Shown: piece after piece, positions 49,401-55,717 of the stretch
Layout of the letters: each line of letters opens with the position of its first letter
How positions within the stretch are numbered: the stretch's first letter is position 1
NCBI GenBank assembly: GCA_016618085.1
Contig: JABLTG010000136.1
Span: forward strand, 1 to 55,717
Origin: Neovahlkampfia damariscottae
Taxonomy: Eukaryota
Direction: 5' to 3'
DNA: 55,717 nt
Position numbers and translations under genes: made by a program
Notes under the pieces: generated by a model
Seen by the model: the letters and a program-made list of their open reading frames with translations, nothing else
The model's database searches: none
What the model was told of the DNA's origin: nothing

Positions 49401-50076
49401 TCAAGATTAATGAATGATAATCACCAGCAGCAACATCAATTGAAGAATCTTCAATCATTTGAAAGATATTACTGTTGATATGATTTCCTAATCCAAGTTG
49501 ACCATATACATTCGAACCAGAAGAAAATACAGTGCCATTTTTGTTGACAAGTAGTGTATGACCTAAACTGACAGATATTGTCTTAATATCGCTATTTTGT
49601 GTAAAAGTTGTAACGATATGAGAATTTGCGTTTTGAGAGTTTCCTATTTTTCCAACAACATTACTTCCTGTTGCGAAGCCTCTTGAAAAATTTTTCACAA
49701 AGAAATATGTATCATGACCACCATATATATTTTGTATTAAGTGATTTTCGTCAGGTAGTTTGGTTGGTACCATATTTTGAGTGGTTGTACCAACACCTAA
49801 TTCACCATACTTAAGAAAATTAGATGTAAGAATTTGAATTACTGAATTTCTACCAAAACCATATGCTACAGAGTATTCTGTGTTGTTGTAGAAAATTTCA
49901 CATTGGATACCATCATATCCATTAAGACATGAGCAAAAATTCAAAGAAATACAAGTGCCATTTCCTGAACAAACTTGAGGATTTGTTGAATTCACTCCAA
50001 AGCACATAAAGCTTTCAGCTGAAACAGAAAAGATTTCTGCAATTATAATTAGCGACAATATGAAGAGAAGTTTCAT
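40422..50076 (-). CDS. Giant receptor-like protein: signal peptide, 3x(RCC1 propeller + EGF-like array), 7TM, RGS (introns 49810-49842, 47644-47680, 45712-45741, 42224-42251; assembly gap inside)
   Basis: Four tiny GT-AG introns join the ORFs in frame. Contains RCC1 repeats (G.N.YGQLG.G, AG..HSL.L), ~39-aa C.G.NS....CSG.G.C...N.C.C..GY.G..C units, a QPLKSRG TM region and an RGS box (FLEFSKTEWSQEN...SPLEINI...DTWSRF). Confidence 0.85.
43716..44471. repeat. Near-identical tandem 351-bp (three-EGF) blocks; 43976-44471 recurs at ~45909-46404
   Basis: Direct sequence comparison, and identical translated peptides in ORFs 42232-45675 and 45721-47592. Confidence 0.85.
46207..46670. repeat. Block near-identical to ~48150-48840 (across the N gap)
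   Basis: Same nucleotide string and peptide (PGIIDVVGGHSSTFILQTNHNCYGKNV...). Confidence 0.8.
48504..48602. other. Assembly gap (N run) with duplicated flanks
   Basis: 48376-48503 is repeated at 48603-48730. Confidence 0.95.
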
Positions 50077-50582
50077 TCTTTTCTGTTTACTTTAAATTGT
50101 CCAATGATTTTATCCGATTTCCAAATTAGAATTTGAAATAGGGAAATTGAAATTCCCAATAAAGGGAGTTGTAAAAAAAAAACCAATAACAACACACTCA
50201 TATTTCCTAACTTGATTTTTCCCACTAAATAAATTAATCAAACTAAGAAATTTCCCAAATAACCCTGGGTCAATCTTATCTTCAGCAACAAATATTGGAA
50301 AATCTTCTTCTTTACTTCTTTGGCTTTAAGATTTTTAAGCTTCAAAGAATTTGATTGGAAGAATTTGGTTTCAGGCTAAATCAAAATGAAACCATTCAAA
50401 ACAACGATTTTTTTCATTTATAACATATCTGTCATAAAAAAACGTGCACAAGCTAACAGAAGAAGAAATGAAAGATATGTTGAAAGAAAAATTCTGTGAA
50501 TGTAAATTTATGAAACGATCAAATTTTCAGCAACAGAAATATTTCTAAATAAGAAAAGAAAAAAATTGAAAGAGGACCACCA

Positions 50583-51274
50583 TTGTCTCATAAAATGCAT
50601 GAAATTGTAGAAGAATTTATTTCACTTGGAAATGAAGACCTTGAACCAGACGAAAACGGTGTTATTTGTGTTGAAGGAGAATTTGAGGATGGAAAAATCT
50701 TTGTAGCTCGTACACGTTCATCAAAAAAAACAACAATAGAGGAAACTGGTCAAGAAAATTCTACAATCTCAAATTTAATTTAACTTCAACTATGACTGAA
50801 CACACCACAAAATTAATTAGAACAAATATTCACTCTGATTTCGAAGAAGGTGACATTGAAAATAAAGAAGATGTTATTTTACCATTATTTCAAAAATTTT
50901 ATTTGAACAATATGGGATCATGTGACCAAGTGAACCGAAACATTTATGGTGGAGATAAGTCAACATTCAAACACAGCAGATGGGGTTTATTGGCTGGTGT
51001 GAGTAATGCAAATGTTGTTTATAATCAGTTGAATCCAGATGAAAAATTAAGTTATCCAGATTATTTAAAGAAAGTTGCTAAAGAATTATGTCCAATTGAT
51101 GTTACATGTGATGATCGTGAATTGGTTTGTCTTGAAAAACAAACACATTGTTGTGTTTGTTATTTTGTCAATAAGAATCGTTCTCTTTGCACAAAAAAAC
51201 GTAACAAATGCAACAAACCTATGCATATTTATTGTTCTACTAAAAAAAAAAGAATAAGAACGAGAAAGAATTAG
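50583..51274 (+). mobile_element. piggyBac-like transposase remnant (C-terminal part)
   Basis: P.FQKFYLNNMGSCDQVNR (cf. YN..MGGVD..DQ), SRW, SNANVVY, YLKKVAKEL and a C-terminal Cys-rich domain CCVC...C..(R)NKCNKPMHIYC. The upstream part is frameshifted. Confidence 0.7.
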
Positions 51275-51393
51275 AGCACAAATGAAACAAAATCAAAAAG
51301 AAAAAAAAGAAAAAATAAAAAAATTATCCGAAGAATATTTTTATTTTCAACCAATCATTTTTTTTCCAAATCAACGTTCTTCATCAAACAATA

Positions 51394-53133
51394 ATGATGA
51401 AACATTTTGAAAGACCAAAAACTTTGTCTATACAAAAAGAAATTAAAATGGTTTTTGGATTATTTGACATTGATAATGATGGTTTTATACGTGGAGATGA
51501 TATTATTATAACTTTAAAGAGGTACCTTTCAATTATACCTTCAGAAAAAGAAATGAAATCAATGATACATTTAGTAGATTTAGATAGAGATGGTAAAATA
51601 TCATACAGTGAATTTTATGAGTTTTATGCGAGGGTTATGAATTATGAAATACCAGAAAAATATGAAAATATGAAAAAACGAAGAACACTCGTTGCTGAAG
51701 CTCCTGTTGATGATGAAATGAATACTAAAGAAAATCCTGATATATCAATATCTATTACTTCAACTCCAGAACCTTTGTCAGATATACCTTTTTCTAATAT
51801 TGATACAAAGTCTACTTGTATCAGTGGAGCTTTGATTAAACCAAGAATATTTGAAGAAAAAGAATTTGAACTTGTAGAAAGTGACAACGAAGAGGAGGAA
51901 GAGAAAAAGGAAATAATAGAAGATGAGGAAGAGGATGAATTAGAGCTTCGTGAAGAAATTCCAAAAGAAGAATTTATTGAAAGTGAAGATGAATCAATAT
52001 CTGAAGAGATAAAGGAAGATAAACAAAAAGAAAAAGTAATTACACCACAAATAATCATAGAAGAACCAAATGAAGAAAAAAATGAAACTAAACCTGAAAT
52101 AAAGGAAGAAACAGAAGAACAAGAAAAAATTCAAACATCAAAAGAACAACCTTTAAAAGAAGAAACTGAATGCAAACGAGAAAGTTCATCTGAAACAACT
52201 CATGTTGAAGATACAGAAGAAATGACAGAAGATTTAACAGAACCACAAGAAAACAATGATGACTCTGGAAATGAAGAAGAAAAAGAAAAAGAAACCATTG
52301 ATACAGAGAATTATTCACCTGTTTTAAAACAGATAGAAAGACTTCAAGGATATCTTTTAGATGAAATTGAAGAGAGAAGATTCTACAGAGGATCAAAAGT
52401 TCATGTACCATACGCAATTCAATTATTTTGTAATAGTTTCATTGGAAAAGAAGATGTGAATTATTCATCACTTGTACATGATTTATTAGAATGTAAATTT
52501 GGTCAAGAGTTTACACTTGAAGAATTTGAACAATATAAGTCATTAGGACCTGATGATATTTTAATTGGTGATGGTGATTGTTTGGTAGTTGCAAATATGA
52601 ATGATCATAATGAAGATTTTGAAATTTATTTAGTTGAAGATGAAGAATCACCTGCAGATGGTCCATTCAAAATATCAGATTTTTTAAAAACACTTGAAAT
52701 TACTGTTTTACCTGATTTTTCAGATGAAGAAGAAGAAATAATTGAAGAAAGTAAAAATGGTCAAAAATTACCACCTGCTCCACCACTTTATCTGATGACA
52801 ACTGCTAAACAGAATTCAATACTTGATGATGATTCAAAAGCTCAATTTTTGTCTCAATTGAAATTAGGTCAATTGCATTTAAAAAAAGGTGAAGAAAAAG
52901 AAGTTAGTGAAAAAGTATTACAATATGAAGTTGAAAAAAAACAAAATTTGTCAATACAAGAACAAATCAAAGAAAAAATTAGTGAAGGAAATTTTGTTCT
53001 CAAAAAAACAGTTGTAAAAAAACGTGAAAAAAGAATGGAACGTGAACATGAGTTATTATTTACAGCTGTAATGGCAAATACAACATTTAGCAATTATGAT
53101 GAACCAAAAGAGGAGGAAGAGGATGATTGGTAA
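51394..53133 (+). CDS. EF-hand protein with C-terminal polyproline-WH2-WH2-central-acidic (WCA/VCA-like) tail
   Basis: EF loops DIDNDGFIRGDD and DLDRDGKISYSE; LPPAPP; AQFLSQLKLGQLHLKK; IQEQIKEKISEGNFVLKKT; helix EHELLFTAVM; terminal EEEEDDW. Confidence 0.75.
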   Translation: MMKHFERPKTLSIQKEIKMVFGLFDIDNDGFIRGDDIIITLKRYLSIIPSEKEMKSMIHLVDLDRDGKISYSEFYEFYARVMNYEIPEKYENMKKRRTLVAEAPVDDEMNTKENPDISISITSTPEPLSDIPFSNIDTKSTCISGALIKPRIFEEKEFELVESDNEEEEEKKEIIEDEEEDELELREEIPKEEFIESEDESISEEIKEDKQKEKVITPQIIIEEPNEEKNETKPEIKEETEEQEKIQTSKEQPLKEETECKRESSSETTHVEDTEEMTEDLTEPQENNDDSGNEEEKEKETIDTENYSPVLKQIERLQGYLLDEIEERRFYRGSKVHVPYAIQLFCNSFIGKEDVNYSSLVHDLLECKFGQEFTLEEFEQYKSLGPDDILIGDGDCLVVANMNDHNEDFEIYLVEDEESPADGPFKISDFLKTLEITVLPDFSDEEEEIIEESKNGQKLPPAPPLYLMTTAKQNSILDDDSKAQFLSQLKLGQLHLKKGEEKEVSEKVLQYEVEKKQNLSIQEQIKEKISEGNFVLKKTVVKKREKRMEREHELLFTAVMANTTFSNYDEPKEEEEDDW

Positions 53134-53149
53134 TTTTAGAAAAATATAT

Positions 53150-54277
53150 TTATTTTTTTCCATTGAATTGTCGATATTCTTTTACTTTAATTTTATCAAA
53201 AACATCTTTTGTGTGTAAGAATTCAACTCCATTTCTTGATTTGAAAATATGTCGTTTTGATCTTTCAATCATTAATTCTTCATATTTCTTAAATGCTTCT
53301 AAAATAGATTTGGATTCTGTTAGACATTCTATTAAACTGGATACATCATCAAGAGCATTATTAGCACCTTGACCTTTGAAAGGTGACATTGGATGAGCAG
53401 AATCACCTAATACTGTTATCAATGTTGATTTCCATGGTTTTTCAATTGGATCACGATCATAAAGACCTCCTACTCTCATAGTCGATATTTCTGTATTTTT
53501 GATCATTTCAACAACTGGTGAATGCCAATTCTTAACTTTTTCAAGTGCCATTTCTTTTGCTTCTTCAAATGATTTGATTTTACAAATTTCTTCTTCTTTT
53601 AAAGGAAAAGTTAATTGCCACATTGACTTATCATCAATAAAAGGTTTTATAAATATTCTTGAAAATCCATCAACTGTTTGGAATTCTGTATTATTCGTCA
53701 ATTTATGTTCAATTGGAACAATTCCATTAATAGCAATGACATTCAAAAATTTTAAAGAATCACCAACCAGTTTATCTCTAAATATTGAATGTATTCCATC
53801 ACATGCTATGGCACAACATCCTTTAATTTTACTTCCATCTTCAAATTCCAAAATAACCAAATCATCTTTAATTTCATAATCGATTGCTTTTTTATTCCAA
53901 CAAACTGTATCTTTTTCAAGAGAATCATAAAGTATTTTTCTTAATAATTCTCTTGGTATTGGTATATTTTGTTCATTAAATTCTTTTTTTGAAAAGTTAT
54001 TTATGAATAGAACTTTTCCTTCATTTGTCATTGAGATATATTTTGTGCACCTAGATTCCATTTTATAAACTTGTTCTAGTACTCCTATATCTTTTAAAAT
54101 TTTTCTTCCTTGTTGTATGGTTAAAGAATAACCTTGTGCTCTTTGATCTAATTTTTCATCTCTTTCAAAAACTAACACTTTGGCACCTTGAAGTTGTAGA
54201 GCTTTTGCTAAAGTAAAACCTGCAATTCCACCACCACAAATTAAAAAAGGTTCTTGTTGATTGAAGTTTTTGTTCAT
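53150..54277 (-). CDS. FAD-dependent monooxygenase (class A, aromatic hydroxylase / TetX-like)
   Basis: ICGGGIAG, VFERD, IACDGIHS and LGDSAHPMSPFKGQGANNAL. Confidence 0.9.
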   Translation of the reverse strand: MNKNFNQQEPFLICGGGIAGFTLAKALQLQGAKVLVFERDEKLDQRAQGYSLTIQQGRKILKDIGVLEQVYKMESRCTKYISMTNEGKVLFINNFSKKEFNEQNIPIPRELLRKILYDSLEKDTVCWNKKAIDYEIKDDLVILEFEDGSKIKGCCAIACDGIHSIFRDKLVGDSLKFLNVIAINGIVPIEHKLTNNTEFQTVDGFSRIFIKPFIDDKSMWQLTFPLKEEEICKIKSFEEAKEMALEKVKNWHSPVVEMIKNTEISTMRVGGLYDRDPIEKPWKSTLITVLGDSAHPMSPFKGQGANNALDDVSSLIECLTESKSILEAFKKYEELMIERSKRHIFKSRNGVEFLHTKDVFDKIKVKEYRQFNGKK

Positions 54278-54310
54278 TTTAATTGGACAGTAAAGATAAA
54301 AAAATATTTA

Positions 54311-55219
54311 TCACTTTTTTAAAATCCAACCTTTTCCACTTGAATGCCTTTCTAAACCTCTTTCCTTTTCGCTATTATTTTCCACTATCCTCTCAAAAAT
54401 ATCAAGTGTTACTTCATCTGAAGTAAAATAAGTATGAAAAAAATACTCATCATAAACTGAAACGCTATCATGAATGAAAATATTCTTAACTAACTCCTCT
54501 TCATCATTTTTCAATTGAATACCCATAGCTCCTATTTTCTTGTGACCTGCTGATAAAATCCTTGAATACTTTAAAGCTGAATCTTTTTTAGTTGAATAAT
54601 TTATCACTTCAACCACTCTTCCTTTCATTCTGTGAAAATCTTTTTGAACTCTTTCGACTTTAATATCACTTGCGCAAAAGAAAATTTTTCCAAGTTTAAT
54701 CTTTTCTGACATCAAAGAAAAACTTTTCCAGAGTAAATAACCACCCATTGAATGAGCTAATATATGAACTTGTCTCGGTAGTATATTACATAATTCTTCT
54801 AAAATTGGAACAAATAATTTCGAAGTAGAAATGGTTCGTTGTTTGTCACCCATATATTCTGTAAGTTTATTTGATAGATAAAAAATATTAAATTGTGGAT
54901 CTTGTGATGGCCAGCTTAATAAAATAAAAGCTACTTTTTCGTCTTTTGGTGTTTGTTTTGAAATCATGTTCAATCTGAGACAACCAAGTTTAAAGGAAGT
55001 GTTAAATCCATGTATGTATATTAAACATCTTTTGAAATTTGATATGGTTTTTAAAAGTACATCTAAACAAGAATTGACAGGTCCTTGACATATTGGCTGC
55101 AACTGCTGTTGTTTGTCGTATGTCACCTCTCCAAAACACATTTTTGTGTCCATTTTCGAAATGAATGTGTTGGTTTGTTCATCATAAATCCTGTTGGTTA
55201 TGAAAAATAAGTTAGACAT
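54311..55219 (-). CDS. Alpha/beta hydrolase, DUF900-like
   Basis: FFITNR, LIYIHGFN, SWPS, HILAHSMG (nucleophile elbow), D.AL..S and H.YF. Confidence 0.8.
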   Translation of the reverse strand: MSNLFFITNRIYDEQTNTFISKMDTKMCFGEVTYDKQQQLQPICQGPVNSCLDVLLKTISNFKRCLIYIHGFNTSFKLGCLRLNMISKQTPKDEKVAFILLSWPSQDPQFNIFYLSNKLTEYMGDKQRTISTSKLFVPILEELCNILPRQVHILAHSMGGYLLWKSFSLMSEKIKLGKIFFCASDIKVERVQKDFHRMKGRVVEVINYSTKKDSALKYSRILSAGHKKIGAMGIQLKNDEEELVKNIFIHDSVSVYDEYFFHTYFTSDEVTLDIFERIVENNSEKERGLERHSSGKGWILKK

Positions 55220-55717
55220 TCAGACTCAAAAAAAAAAAAAAAAAGGAATGATTGGTTAACTGTTCTACAGTTGAAAATATATTTTTTCAATTTTAATGCA
55301 ATTGAATATCAATAACAAAGGACAAATTTCTGTCCAACAGAAACGAGTTTGATAAATCAATAGTTTCATTTGGTTGAATTTGATCTCCATCACTTTCTTT
55401 AATGTCCTCAATCAATCACTGTAGTGATTTCTCGATTATTTATATTGCCTATTAGCATATTCAGAGGAACCTTTGTTTCCGAAAAAAATTTTACTTCTTC
55501 CAAACAAAAATTATTTTGATCCAGTATTTTTCCATCAAAATGAGTTTTTTAAGTTAATTCAGGTGAAGAATAGCTTAAATGATTTAATTTAAAAAAAAAA
55601 AGAATTTACGTTAAATTACCGGAGAATAAGTCTTCATCTCTGTCAGTGATAATCATACAAACTTCGTACGTTTTAGATTTTGTATCAAAGTTATCAGTTC
55701 CAAAATTCCTTGCAACA

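Noticed and set aside
51642..52417. Antisense Ser-rich and Leu/Phe-rich ORFs
   Set aside because: They are mirror ORFs of the Glu-rich coding strand.
1..55717. Alternative genetic code or stop-codon readthrough to explain fragmented ORFs
   Set aside because: Almost all breaks are resolved by canonical tiny introns, and TAA/TGA are used as normal stops.
55260..55717. Terminal region
   Set aside because: No supported ORF, RNA gene or repeat; it may be the end of a gene outside the window.

Overview
AT-rich, very gene-dense eukaryotic (protist) genomic DNA in the standard genetic code, with many tiny (about 28-45 nt) spliceosomal introns. The gene repertoire (7TM-RGS proteins, RCC1+EGF giants, RWP-RK, Fanzor2) resembles Naegleria and other heteroloboseans; this is inferred, not proven. 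About 35 genes or gene remnants can be reconstructed by splicing the ORF fragments by hand. Housekeeping genes include PTH2, a MAP2K, MDM35/TRIAP1, EMC10, TFIIF-beta, TIM44, NUDT5, RPS16 and LCB1. The most notable items are: (1) the 3' end of a Fanzor2 (eukaryotic IS607-TnpB) RNA-guided nuclease with a frameshift and a foldable omegaRNA-like end at 1-~500; (2) an EF-hand protein ending in a polyproline-WH2-WH2-C-acidic-Trp tail, a candidate Ca2+-sensing Arp2/3 activator; (3) one ~9.6 kb gene for a receptor with three RCC1 propellers, dozens of EGF repeats, 7TM and RGS domains; (4) a box C/D snoRNA at the tip of a hairpin-folding RPS16 intron; (5) a Drosha/Dicer-like tandem RNase III protein with degenerate active sites; (6) bacterial-type genes (secreted NlpC/P60, a His-domain+ATP-grasp dikinase, DUF900 hydrolase); (7) a piggyBac remnant; and (8) an oriented CCAAT motif just upstream of most start codons. 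All protein family calls are from motif recognition by eye, with no database search.
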